Origin: Verrucomicrobiales bacterium
Lineage (GTDB): Bacteria; Verrucomicrobiota; Verrucomicrobiia; Verrucomicrobiales; V1-33
Length of the DNA: 64,000 bases
Direction: 5' to 3'
Assembly (NCBI GenBank): GCA_031411295.1
Contig: JANOAV010000057.1
Span: 4,379 to 68,378, forward strand
The notes beneath the pieces were generated by a model, which searched no databases, was not told where the DNA came from, and worked only from the letters and a program-made list of their open reading frames with translations. Below, piece by piece: positions 1 to 10,082 of this stretch; the first letter of the stretch is position 1; each line of letters opens with the position of its first letter. The position numbers and the translations under genes were made by a program.

Positions 1-2081
1 TGGATGAGATGGTGCATGTGGCCAGTGAAATGGAGCGGCTTGGTTTCAAGACGCCATTGCTCATCGGCGGAGCCACCACCAGCGCGGCTCACACGGCCAT
101 TAAGATCGCGCCAAAATACAGCGGTCCCATTGTCCATGTGCTGGATGCCAGCCGCAGCGTGCCTGTGGCCACGAGTTTGATCAGCCAGGAACACCGTGCG
201 AAATTTGCCGCCGACAACGAAATCCGCCACGAAGAAATGCGCGCCAAGTATGGCCAGAAGCGCACGCAGGCCACGCTCACACTGACGGAAGCACGGGCGA
301 AGGGGTTCAAGTGCGATTGGAGCACCGTGGAAATTGCGGTGCCACGTGGCGGGGGCATTCTGCCCCCTAGCCCTGACACGCAGGGCATCACGCCAAGCAG
401 CGAGGTCAGCGCGGAGGGCTCTGCACATTCCTTGGCTGGGGGGCAGAATGCCCCCGCCACGGTTACATTCCTGCACCCAGAGAAGATGATCAGTCAGCTT
501 ACGGGCGGAAATTTACCGCACTGGCGACAGGACGAGGCAACGTATGCCGTGACATATCGCTTGGCGGACGCGCTGCCCAAACAGGTGCTAGAGATTTATG
601 CCGAGAAGAAAGCTCATTTACAGGAATTACTGGATCAAGAGCTAGCCGCCACGGAACCCGCCCAGCTTCGCGTGCAGCAGTTGACCAGCGATCTAGCGGA
701 CCTGTATTCGCAGACCATTGAGAAGGAGTTGGACGCGGGGCATGGCGCTTGTTATTTGCGACAGCCTGAGATTGCGGAACTGGTGCAGAATGCGATGAAG
801 CATTTCGACGGAGAGCGTTACAATCTGCTGGCTTGGTGCATTATGCCGAATCATGTGCATGTTATTGTCAGGCCGATAGGAACGCACACATTGAGCGGTA
901 TTTTGCACTCATGGAATTCGTTTACAGCGCGTGCCGCAAACAAGTTGCTGGGGAGAACAGGGGGATTTTGGCAAGGTGAAGCGTATGATCACATCATCCG
1001 CAATGAAACGGACTACAGCAACCAAGTCCGCTACATTTTAGGGAATCCGAGCAAGGCTAATCTTAAAGAATGGCTCTGGTGTGGCGGGGGCATTCTGCAC
1101 CCTAGCCCCGACACGCCGCGAGACAATCCATGCGTTGAGGGCTCAGCGCGTTCCCAGGCTGGGGGGCAGAATGCCCCCGCCACGGTTGCGACCTTGCGGC
1201 CGTTTATTGACTGGTCGCCATTCTTCCATTCATGGGAGCTGCGGGGACGTTGGAATGCGGCGGAACAGAAATTTTCCTCGGCTCATGAAGATCCTGAAAT
1301 GCGCGTGCAGGCGGACGAGCAAGCGGCCAAACTTTACGCTGATGCGAATGCGCTGCTGGATCGGATCATTAAGGAAAACCGCTTCACACCGAAGGGTGTT
1401 TATGGTTTCTTCCCGGCTAATGCCGTGGGCGATGACATTGAGGTTTACACCGACGAAACCCGCTCCGCCGTGCAGTGCAAATTCCACACGCTCCGGCAAA
1501 CGCAGATCAAGACCGGCAACAATCCTAACCCGAACTACGCGCTGTCCGATTTCATTGCGCCCAAGGATTCCGGTCGCGCAGATTACCTCGGCGGATTCAC
1601 CGTCACGATTCACGGGGGCGATGAATTTGCCAAAGAGTTCGATGCCGCCAACGATCCTTACTCCAGCATCATCGTCAAAGCCCTGGCCGACCGCCTTGCC
1701 GAAGCCTATGCAGAATACCTGCACCAGCAGGCACGGTTCTCCTGCGGCATCGAAAAGCCGGGCGATCTTTCCAACGAAGAGTTGATCCGCGAGAAATATC
1801 GCGGCATCCGCCCTGCGCCCGGCTATCCAGCCCAGCCGGATCACACCGAAAAGAAAACGCTCTTCACCCTGCTCAACAGCACGGAACTCACCGGCTGCGA
1901 ACTCACCGAGAGTTTCGCCATGCATCCGGGCGCAAGCGTTAGCGGCTTGTATTTCAACCATCCGCAGGCCCGCTATTTCGGCATCATGCACATCACGCAG
2001 GAGCAATTGGAAGAATATGCCGCCCGCAAGGAAATGCCGCTGAAGGAAATGGAACGCTGGTTGGGGCCATGGTTAGGCTGA
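1..2081 (+). CDS. metH: Cobalamin-dependent methionine synthase MetH, 5'-truncated by the window edge (end of B12-binding domain plus AdoMet reactivation domain), carrying an in-frame REPIN-RAYT insertion in the interdomain linker
   Basis: ORF 9..2081 is open to the window start. The N-part 'VASEMERLGFKTPLLIGGATTS.AHTAIKI..YSGPIVHV' matches my recollection of E. coli MetH C-terminal third. So do the C-part motifs 'IDWSPFFHSWEL', 'GFFPANAVGDDIEVY', 'IIVKALADRLAEAYAEYLH', 'GIRPAPGYPAQPDHTEK' and 'ESFAMHPGASVSGLYF'. The residues encoded by ~346-1187 do not match. Confidence 0.85.
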   Translation, partial: DEMVHVASEMERLGFKTPLLIGGATTSAAHTAIKIAPKYSGPIVHVLDASRSVPVATSLISQEHRAKFAADNEIRHEEMRAKYGQKRTQATLTLTEARAKGFKCDWSTVEIAVPRGGGILPPSPDTQGITPSSEVSAEGSAHSLAGGQNAPATVTFLHPEKMISQLTGGNLPHWRQDEATYAVTYRLADALPKQVLEIYAEKKAHLQELLDQELAATEPAQLRVQQLTSDLADLYSQTIEKELDAGHGACYLRQPEIAELVQNAMKHFDGERYNLLAWCIMPNHVHVIVRPIGTHTLSGILHSWNSFTARAANKLLGRTGGFWQGEAYDHIIRNETDYSNQVRYILGNPSKANLKEWLWCGGGILHPSPDTPRDNPCVEGSARSQAGGQNAPATVATLRPFIDWSPFFHSWELRGRWNAAEQKFSSAHEDPEMRVQADEQAAKLYADANALLDRIIKENRFTPKGVYGFFPANAVGDDIEVYTDETRSAVQCKFHTLRQTQIKTGNNPNPNYALSDFIAPKDSGRADYLGGFTVTIHGGDEFAKEFDAANDPYSSIIVKALADRLAEAYAEYLHQQARFSCGIEKPGDLSNEELIREKYRGIRPAPGYPAQPDHTEKKTLFTLLNSTELTGCELTESFAMHPGASVSGLYFNHPQARYFGIMHITQEQLEEYAARKEMPLKEMERWLGPWLG
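346..460. repeat. REP doublet (REPIN) 1
   Basis: GTGGCGGGGGCATTCTGCCCCC (346-367) and its perfect reverse complement GGGGGCAGAATGCCCCCGCCAC (439-460) are separated by 71 nt. Each arm contains its own GGGGGCA/TGCCCCC hairpin. Confidence 0.9.
486..1079 (+). CDS. REP-associated tyrosine transposase (RAYT, IS200/IS605 Y1 HUH family) coding segment. It has no stop codon of its own and is read through in the metH frame.
   Basis: ATG at 486. Motifs: 'GNLPHWRQDEATYAVTYRLADALP', HUH motif 'MPNHVHVIVRP', and 'GGFWQGEAYDHIIRNETDYSNQVRYILGNP' (catalytic Tyr region). The C-terminal boundary is approximate. Confidence 0.75.
1081..1183. repeat. REP doublet (REPIN) 2
   Basis: GTGGCGGGGGCATTCTGCACCC (1081-1102, one mismatch to copy 1) pairs with GGGGGCAGAATGCCCCCGCCAC (1162-1183), spacer 59 nt. 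Confidence 0.9.
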
Positions 2082-3353
2082 GTTTTCCGCCGGTTCATCC
2101 GGCACCGGGAAACATCCCCGACTCATCAATAGGACCATCAGCAGCGGCGCATACAGGCCGAGGGAAACCAGCATGGCCAACCGGGACGGCTCAGCGCTTG
2201 CGTTGGCCCAAGGGAGACCCCAGGCCTGCAAAACTTGCGACCAAGCAACCTGCCAGAACGTCCACGCGGTATTCAGCGCCACGATGGAGAACAGCGCAGC
2301 TGCCAGCCACCAGCCCCATTTCGCGCGGCGGATGACGGCCCGTTGCGCTAACCAGAAGCCTCCGATCAGGAGCGCCAGCACTCCCCAGCCACCCGCTCCA
2401 GAGATCAACTGGCCAGCCAGCGGCAATGCCGGAGCCAGGAAAAATTGCGCCGCTAGAATCACGATGGCCCACCAGCAACCGATCCAGAGCATGAGGAGCG
2501 GCTCGGGGATATCATCTGTCCAGCGTGCAGTCGCATCGGCCCTGCGGCACAGATGAGGCAAGTAAGCTCGCTGATAAATGGCAATGATGACGAGTGGAAG
2601 GGCAATGCCGAAGATTCCCACCAGCAGCAGGAGCCGACCAATGCTCAGCGCCACACTGTGCTCGATGTTACCGGAGGTCGGAGTTAGGAGGAACACCCCA
2701 GCGGTAATGACCGCCAGCCCGATTAACACCGCCAGCGCCACAAACCAACCACCTGCGTGAATCAATGGCACCGACCACCGCCGCCGCCGCAGCGAGCCCA
2801 GCCCAGCCATGGCCAACGCCATGGCCGGCACGCCCGTCAACCAAGTCTGGACCAGCGCTTGGCGGATCCACGGACCGCGGTCCGACCCCGTTTCCTGACA
2901 CGCTTTGACCCAGACGGGTGGAATCGTGCAGGCCAGCAGCATGGCTAGGAAAATCAGCACCATTCCGCCAATCACCAATCCCACGCCACGCTCTTCCCAG
3001 CCCGTGTCATCCCATGTTTCCTCCACCAATTCGTGGGCCATACTCTCTTCAGCCTGGATCAAGCCAGTGGGAAGTGCTTCCTCATGCCCTTCGGCCAAGG
3101 CGCTCACGGCCCAAGGCGCGATGATTTCTTCATCCAGCTCCGCGGGCGCAGGCTCGGAGGGCTCATCCATGGCTTCCGGCTCAGGCGCGGCATGCAACTG
3201 CGCTGCCAAGGCGTTGAGATGGGGGAAAGCGGGATGTTCCGTGAAGGCCATGGCGGTCCGTGGCTCTGGCGGAGAGATTGTTGCGACCTGTTGCAACAAT
3301 TCTTGTAAATTCGGGAAATCGGGTGATGTGTCAGGGGAGGACGCGGCGGCCAT
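2073..3353 (-). CDS. Polytopic membrane protein of unknown function (acidic N-terminal region followed by many hydrophobic helices)
   Basis: 426-aa ORF. Repeated ~20-aa hydrophobic stretches (e.g. 'VLIFLAMLLACTIPPVWV', 'WFVALAVLIGLAVITAGVFLL', 'LLLLVGIFGIALPLVIIAIY'). No recognisable catalytic motif. Confidence 0.65.
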   Translation of the reverse strand: MAAASSPDTSPDFPNLQELLQQVATISPPEPRTAMAFTEHPAFPHLNALAAQLHAAPEPEAMDEPSEPAPAELDEEIIAPWAVSALAEGHEEALPTGLIQAEESMAHELVEETWDDTGWEERGVGLVIGGMVLIFLAMLLACTIPPVWVKACQETGSDRGPWIRQALVQTWLTGVPAMALAMAGLGSLRRRRWSVPLIHAGGWFVALAVLIGLAVITAGVFLLTPTSGNIEHSVALSIGRLLLLVGIFGIALPLVIIAIYQRAYLPHLCRRADATARWTDDIPEPLLMLWIGCWWAIVILAAQFFLAPALPLAGQLISGAGGWGVLALLIGGFWLAQRAVIRRAKWGWWLAAALFSIVALNTAWTFWQVAWSQVLQAWGLPWANASAEPSRLAMLVSLGLYAPLLMVLLMSRGCFPVPDEPAENSA

Positions 3354-3418
3354 AGACGCGCACCCTGAAACACAAACTCTTCCCTGTAAACCCTTCCCTC
3401 TCGCTCAAACAAGGTGCC

Positions 3419-4228
3419 ATGTCTTCGCCACCCCTTTTTAGTTCACCCCCCGTCGCGCTGAGCGTTGCCGGTAGCGATAGTTCCGCTGGAGCGGGCTTGC
3501 AGGCTGATTTGAAGACCTTTGGGGCGCATGGGGTTTATGGTCTCACCGCCGTGACCTGCGTGGTCTCTGAGTTGCCTGGAAATGTGAGCCGGATCATCCC
3601 CTGTCCCGCCTCCATGGTGAAGGATCAGATGGAAATTTTGTTTAACGGCTTTCCGATCGCAGCGCTGAAAACGGGCATGCTCTTCTCGATCGAGATCATT
3701 GCAGCGGTGGCGGAAGTCCTCTCCAGCCTGCCGCAACGTCCCTGGCTGGTGGTGGATCCGGTCATGATTGCCACCAGCGGGGATTCCCTGCTCCAAGCAG
3801 ATGCCGTCACGGCCTATCAAAAACTACTCTTCCCCATGGCGACCCTGCTCACGCCGAACTTGGATGAAGCCAGTGTCCTGTTGGGCCGGAAAATTTCCCA
3901 GCGTGAGCAACTAGCCTCCGCAGCTCAGGAACTGGCTGGGCGTTATGGCTGTGCGGTCCTGCTCAAGGGTGGTCATCTGGCGGGGCCGGAAGCGGTGGAT
4001 GTGCTTTATGCGGACGGTAGCTTTACCGAATTGGTGGCACCATTTGTCCCCCATGTTAGCACGCATGGGACGGGTTGCACGTATGCGGCAGCCATTACGG
4101 CTGGCCTGGCGTGCGGGTTGACGTTGCGGGAGGCCGTCACGGCCGGCAAACGTTATGTGACCGCCGCCATCGGCCAATCCTTTGCCTGGGGCGACGTGCA
4201 GGCCCTGAACCACGCTCCTGGGCTATGA
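3419..4228 (+). CDS. thiD: Hydroxymethylpyrimidine/phosphomethylpyrimidine kinase
   Basis: 'VALSVAGSDSSAGAGLQADLKTFGAHGVYGLTAVTCV', 'LKTGML', 'VVDPVMIATSGD', 'LLKGGHL', 'THGTGCTYAAAITAGLA' form the classic ThiD/PfkB signature. Confidence 0.9.
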   Translation: MSSPPLFSSPPVALSVAGSDSSAGAGLQADLKTFGAHGVYGLTAVTCVVSELPGNVSRIIPCPASMVKDQMEILFNGFPIAALKTGMLFSIEIIAAVAEVLSSLPQRPWLVVDPVMIATSGDSLLQADAVTAYQKLLFPMATLLTPNLDEASVLLGRKISQREQLASAAQELAGRYGCAVLLKGGHLAGPEAVDVLYADGSFTELVAPFVPHVSTHGTGCTYAAAITAGLACGLTLREAVTAGKRYVTAAIGQSFAWGDVQALNHAPGL

Positions 4229-5268
4229 AATACGTTGCTCTGTTGCTGCTTCGTTTATGGATGGTGGCCGCTTCCGCCGACTCCGTGGTGGATCAATTGC
4301 CGCAAGCCAAGTTACAGGAAATATTCCAGCGCTTGCAAAGCGAATCGCTCCAATCCGCCAGACTAACCGATGAAGAGCTGAATCGGGCCGCCGTGCAGGG
4401 GTTGCTGGAGCGGATGGGCCCGGGATTTCAAATTGTGACCAAAGACAGCGGATTCCAAGGCAAGCTGGTTTCCGAATTGCTGAGTGCGGAGATCGCTTAC
4501 CTGCGCCCGGCCAGCTTCACGGTGGAGGAGTTACCTGCATTGGATCAAGCGCTGGAGGCCTTGGTGAAATCTTCCGCTACCACGCTGATCCTTGATTTCC
4601 GCAGCCCGGCCCCACCTGGCACGGCCGAGCTGGCGGCCCAGTGGCTGAGTCGCTTCATGCCTGCGGGCGGTCCCTTGTTTACCGTGCGCACGGCGGGGTC
4701 TGCGACTCCCCAGACTTTTTCCGCAACGGGAAAGCCGCTTTGGACCAAGCCCGTGCTGGGGTTGATCGATGCGGAAACGAATAACACGGCCGAAGCCGTC
4801 GCCTCCGTGTTGCAGCGGCAGCGGCAAATGTTCCTCGTCGGGACCAGCACCCTGGGACAGCCTATTGGCTACCGCACCCATGCCCTCTCGGAGACGCTGG
4901 AAATGCGCTGGGCGCAGAGCGAATTGATGTTGGATGAGAAGACCAGCCTGTTTCAGCATGGCCTCAAGCCGGCATTGGAAACTCCCTTTGACCTCACCAC
5001 TAAACGTCAACAATTTACTGCCAGCGAGACCACCGGCATGAAGCGATTCGCCTTCGAAACGGAACGCCCGCGACTCAACGAAGCCGCCCTCGTGGCTCGC
5101 ACCAATCCAGAATTAGACTACCACATCGCTCAGAGCGCCCATCAGCCCACGCCGTTCGATCTCCCCACCGCGCGCGATCCGGTGCTCCAGCAGGCGCTTG
5201 ATTTCCTAACCGCACAGGCGTTCTTGCAATCCACCCCGACGACCGAACTGCCCGCTGCTCCCAAATAA
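4225..5268 (+). CDS. Secreted S41 (C-terminal processing peptidase)-like protein, possibly catalytically inactive
   Basis: The ATG at 4225 overlaps the thiD stop (ATGA). Signal peptide 'MKYVALLLLRLWMVAASA'. S41-like layout 'ILDFRSPAPPGTAELAAQ' ... 'GLIDAETNNTAEAVASVLQ' ... 'LVGTSTLGQP'. Confidence 0.65.
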   Translation: MKYVALLLLRLWMVAASADSVVDQLPQAKLQEIFQRLQSESLQSARLTDEELNRAAVQGLLERMGPGFQIVTKDSGFQGKLVSELLSAEIAYLRPASFTVEELPALDQALEALVKSSATTLILDFRSPAPPGTAELAAQWLSRFMPAGGPLFTVRTAGSATPQTFSATGKPLWTKPVLGLIDAETNNTAEAVASVLQRQRQMFLVGTSTLGQPIGYRTHALSETLEMRWAQSELMLDEKTSLFQHGLKPALETPFDLTTKRQQFTASETTGMKRFAFETERPRLNEAALVARTNPELDYHIAQSAHQPTPFDLPTARDPVLQQALDFLTAQAFLQSTPTTELPAAPK

Positions 5269-5323
5269 TTCCCGGCTCTCCTTCGGCTTGTTTCCTTCCC
5301 TTCCCCATGCTACTCTCCCTCCT

Positions 5324-6436
5324 ATGAAAAGTGCCCTCCCCCTAATTACCGCCAGCTTCCTCAGCTGGAGTTATGTCCTGGCTGAGCCCCCTGCGGCCAG
5401 TCCCCCGGTGGTGTTGGCCGCCAGTCAGGGCGTAGGCGAGCAAGCCCGGCGGGACGGTTGGCAGAGTGCCTGTCTGGCGGTGGATCTGATTCATGTGAAA
5501 GAGGGATTTCCCGGACTCAAAGCTTGGTTGGAAGACTTCAAACAAGCAGATGCTGCCGTGACCGCGGCAGGAGCCAAAGCGGCTTTGCCTGATCTTAAAA
5601 TCGATCAACTGGTGACGGGTAATCACAATTTCTGGGCCGCTTATTACGAAATTGTGCCAGGCGACCCCGCCCTGTCCCTGCTGCATTCCGGCCTGCTGCT
5701 AGCAGGGGGAGAAGCCCAGCGTGCGAGTGCCATTGCGACCATTGGCTTGCAGCGCCCATCCATTCCTAACTCGTTCCGCAAAGGCTTGCAGCGCGTCATT
5801 GATCGGGCTTACGCCGCGCAGGAGGCCGCTATCGAGTTAACCAAAGTTGGGGTGCAATTGCATGATGAGAAAAAATTTCCGGAAGCGTTAACAAAATATG
5901 ACGCAGCGCTCAAACTCTGGGCCAACTGCGGGTGGACCCACTATGAAAGGGGGTTCACGCTGCGCACCATGGCCACCAAAACGGCTGGCGATCAGCCTGG
6001 ATCTGCGGGAAGCGAACCACCGGAAGTCGTCCGTGCCTTCGCACGGGCGCGACAGCATGATCCATTGCAGATTCCCGCATATCAAAGCCCCGACCCAGTG
6101 ATCTTGAAATCGCTGCCGCCCTTGACCCAGAAAGTGAAGCCCGCCTGGGTTAAGTTGGAAGCGGACCCCGCGCACACCCTCTCCGATCCAGATCTTAAAT
6201 CCCTGGCCGAAGGCTTCCAGCGGGCCGGCATCCACGATTACGCCCTCGCTGCCCACAGCGTCATGGTGGCACGGGCGGGCCGATATTTGCCCAGTGATGT
6301 CATCTGGATTAGTGATAGCTTGGCGGAAATCGCGCCCGGTCCTGCCACGGAGAAAGCGTTGCAAATGCTGGAAGGGAAGGAACTCCATCTCCTGACTCTG
6401 GTCCCCATCGTTCCACCTCCTGCCGAGGAGAAATAA
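5324..6436 (+). CDS. Hypothetical secreted protein with a TPR-like helix pair
   Basis: ATG at 5324 with signal-like 'MKSALPLITASFLSWSYVLA'. 'FPEALTKYDAALKLWANCGWTHYERGF' resembles a TPR. Confidence 0.55.
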   Translation: MKSALPLITASFLSWSYVLAEPPAASPPVVLAASQGVGEQARRDGWQSACLAVDLIHVKEGFPGLKAWLEDFKQADAAVTAAGAKAALPDLKIDQLVTGNHNFWAAYYEIVPGDPALSLLHSGLLLAGGEAQRASAIATIGLQRPSIPNSFRKGLQRVIDRAYAAQEAAIELTKVGVQLHDEKKFPEALTKYDAALKLWANCGWTHYERGFTLRTMATKTAGDQPGSAGSEPPEVVRAFARARQHDPLQIPAYQSPDPVILKSLPPLTQKVKPAWVKLEADPAHTLSDPDLKSLAEGFQRAGIHDYALAAHSVMVARAGRYLPSDVIWISDSLAEIAPGPATEKALQMLEGKELHLLTLVPIVPPPAEEK

Positions 6437-6443
6437 GCACAGT

Positions 6444-7577
6444 ATGGCGCGCTCACTTCTCGCAGCGGTTGCTCTGAGTTTGCTGGCAATCGCCACCTTG
6501 GCCACCTCGGCCAGCGCGGCCCAGCGCGTGCTCTTCCTGGGTGACTCCTTAAGCATGGGGGCCTTCGGGACCACGCTGGACAAACGGTTGCGCGAGGCCG
6601 ACCTGGAAGTTTACACCTCCGTCACTGGTGGCGCCACCCCCGTCTATTGGTTGGAGGAATTCCCGCCCATGCCGACCGATATTGGGCATTGGAAGAAAAC
6701 GCCCAAGGAGGATCAACGCGTCAAAGTGCTGGACGCGACGCCCAAAGTGGAGGCGCTCATCGCTGCCTACAAGCCGGATGCCGTCATCGTGCAGACAGGC
6801 ACCAATCTATACTCGGCGCTACGTTCATCCAGGACCACCCCGGAACAGGCGCAGACCAAAGTGCTCAGCCTGATGCAGAAAATGGCTGCCGCCATCACCT
6901 CCCGTGGCTGCACCCTTTACTGGATTACCCCAGCCAGCGCGCATCCCGAAAAATTCCCGGCCCCGCTGCAACGACTCATGTTGGATCTAACCAAGCGGGC
7001 GGTGGGGACCTCCGGCCGCGTTTTCGACAGCTTTGCGGTCACCACCTACCAAGATCCCTATCCCGCCCCGGGCAATGACGGCATCCACTATGGCCCCACG
7101 GAAGCCGCCGCGTGGGCGGAAATCGTGGCTCCAGATGCCATTTCCTTTCTCAAAACAGGCCCGTCCCCGCGCATCCCCAAAGCCACCGTGCCACCGATCG
7201 CTCCGCGCGCCCGCATTGTGGAGGATGACCCCACCGAAGCGGATTCCAGCGCCCTGACTGCGGAAATTCGTCTGGTGCGCAAATCTGATTTCACCACGCC
7301 CTCAGAGATTACCTACAACAACGCCCTCGCCATCTACGAATGGGAAATCCTTCGCGTCATCGAAGGCACCCATTCCTCCAAGCGGATCCTCGTGGCGCAC
7401 CAAGTGGTTAAAGGTCGGAAAATAACCCCTGAGCGGGATCTCAAGTTGGGCAAAACCTACATCGTCCAACTCGTGCCCCTCAGCGACTATCCCAGCGTCG
7501 AAAGCTGGCAGACGATCGACAAAATCAGCCAGGACCTCTCCCGGCAAGGCACCATCTATATCCCGAAAATGGATTGA
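6444..7577 (+). CDS. SGNH/GDSL-family hydrolase with an extra C-terminal domain
   Basis: Signal peptide, block I 'RVLFLGDSLSMGAFG', and block V-like 'GNDGIHYG'. About 120 extra C-terminal residues of unknown fold. Confidence 0.7.
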   Translation: MARSLLAAVALSLLAIATLATSASAAQRVLFLGDSLSMGAFGTTLDKRLREADLEVYTSVTGGATPVYWLEEFPPMPTDIGHWKKTPKEDQRVKVLDATPKVEALIAAYKPDAVIVQTGTNLYSALRSSRTTPEQAQTKVLSLMQKMAAAITSRGCTLYWITPASAHPEKFPAPLQRLMLDLTKRAVGTSGRVFDSFAVTTYQDPYPAPGNDGIHYGPTEAAAWAEIVAPDAISFLKTGPSPRIPKATVPPIAPRARIVEDDPTEADSSALTAEIRLVRKSDFTTPSEITYNNALAIYEWEILRVIEGTHSSKRILVAHQVVKGRKITPERDLKLGKTYIVQLVPLSDYPSVESWQTIDKISQDLSRQGTIYIPKMD

Positions 7578-7696
7578 CCCTTCCGTCGTGCACGCGGTAA
7601 ATTCCTCCATCAATTCCTTGGCTTCCATCAACAAATTCGCCTACCGAGACTTCCTTGACGCAGGGGAAACCAAAGGTAAATAATTTACGCTACAAC

Positions 7697-8071
7697 ATGA
7701 AGACACCCTTCACACGAATTCGTTGGTCCGCCGTTCTGCTGGGCCTGGCCGTTGCGGTTGGCGTGTGGGGGGCTTGGCGATACACCCACCCGAAGCCAGA
7801 TACAGCCAACGTGCAGTTACCTAACTATGACGGTCCGATGGCTGAGCGGGATTACGCAGGCGGGATGAAGCGGTTTCTGGTTTACGGTTTGAACACCGCC
7901 AGACCAGCGCTCCCAGCGCAACTGACTGAGGCTGGGGTCAGCTATTTTGAGGTGGCTGGTTGTGTGCCCCCGATCGATTCCATTGCAGGCATTCGAGCTT
8001 ACAACGATCAGATGAGAATTTTACTCCAGAGGGACACGGGATTGGATCTCACCACCTTCCTCCCCCGCTGA
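7697..8071 (+). CDS. Hypothetical membrane-anchored protein
   Basis: ATG at 7697 and an N-terminal hydrophobic helix 'WSAVLLGLAVAVGVWGAW'. No recognisable domain. Confidence 0.45.
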   Translation: MKTPFTRIRWSAVLLGLAVAVGVWGAWRYTHPKPDTANVQLPNYDGPMAERDYAGGMKRFLVYGLNTARPALPAQLTEAGVSYFEVAGCVPPIDSIAGIRAYNDQMRILLQRDTGLDLTTFLPR

Positions 8072-8231
8072 TCCCTGTCGTGCCTGTGGCAGGCTGCGAG
8101 TGGGGAAATGGGCCAAATTTGCTTTGTTGGCGGAGCCCGGTTTGAGTTCAAAAATCCGCCCCCGGTCCCAGTCGAAGCTTGCATTTTCCCATTTCTTACG
8201 CACCAATGCCACCCTGCTTAACCAACTGCTT

Positions 8232-8921
8232 ATGAAATTCTCCCGCCGCTTCATCCTTTCCTCCTTCACCGCGCTTGCTGCGGTCACTGTGCTTGGCGCT
8301 TGTGGCTCCAAGGAGTCGTCCTCGCCCAGCGCTAGTGCCACCGAAGTCCTGCCTCCGGAATACCCCAGCGATCCCATTGTGCTCATCAAGACGAGCATGG
8401 GTGATATCCGCGCGGAACTCTATGCGGAAAAGGCCCCCAAGACCGTGGCCAATTTCCTGAGCTATGTTGGCAAAAAACACTTCGACAACACCATCTTCCA
8501 CCGCGTCATTTCCACCTTCATGATTCAGGGTGGTGGATTCGAGAATCAGAACGGAAATTTCGTCGAAAAAGCCACGGAACCTCCGGTTGCAAACGAATCC
8601 TACAATGGCCTCAAGAACCGCCGCGGCACCCTGGCCATGGCGCGCACCGGAGATCCTCACAGCGCTACCGCTCAATTCTTCATCAATACCGTGGACAACG
8701 AAATGCTGAATCTGGCTCCCGGACCTGGCAAGGAAGGCTACGCGGTCTTCGGCAAGGTCTTATCCGGCATGGAGGTGGTGGATGCGATTCGCAATGTGCC
8801 CACCGCCACGTCCCAACTGACTTCCCGTGCGCCCGGCGGGCAACTCATGCCCGGACCAAATGAGAACGTTCCCGTCAAGGCCGTCATCATCAACAGCATC
8901 ACCCAGGAAGCTGCCAAGTAA
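8232..8921 (+). CDS. Peptidyl-prolyl cis-trans isomerase, cyclophilin type, probable lipoprotein
   Basis: Lipobox-like 'AVTVLGAC' then 'FHRVISTFMIQGGGF', 'GTLAMARTGDPHSATAQFFIN', 'YAVFGKVLSGMEVVDAI'. Confidence 0.9.
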   Translation: MKFSRRFILSSFTALAAVTVLGACGSKESSSPSASATEVLPPEYPSDPIVLIKTSMGDIRAELYAEKAPKTVANFLSYVGKKHFDNTIFHRVISTFMIQGGGFENQNGNFVEKATEPPVANESYNGLKNRRGTLAMARTGDPHSATAQFFINTVDNEMLNLAPGPGKEGYAVFGKVLSGMEVVDAIRNVPTATSQLTSRAPGGQLMPGPNENVPVKAVIINSITQEAAK

Positions 8922-10061
<1,140 letters not shown>

Positions 10062-10082
10062 CCGATCAGATGGTAACCTCAG

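Larger units (their letters stand above)
346..1187 (+). mobile_element. REPIN-RAYT-REPIN unit (REP-associated tyrosine transposase flanked by two REP doublets)
   Basis: Two near-identical palindromic REP doublets bracket a Y1/HUH transposase-like coding segment. Both doublets end with the same GCCACGGTT. Confidence 0.75.

Noticed and set aside
1081-2006. Alternative-frame ORFs inside metH (1081..1785 plus strand, 1230..2006 minus strand)
   Set aside because: They overlap a frame with clear MetH motifs. Their translations are Arg/Pro-rich nonsense.
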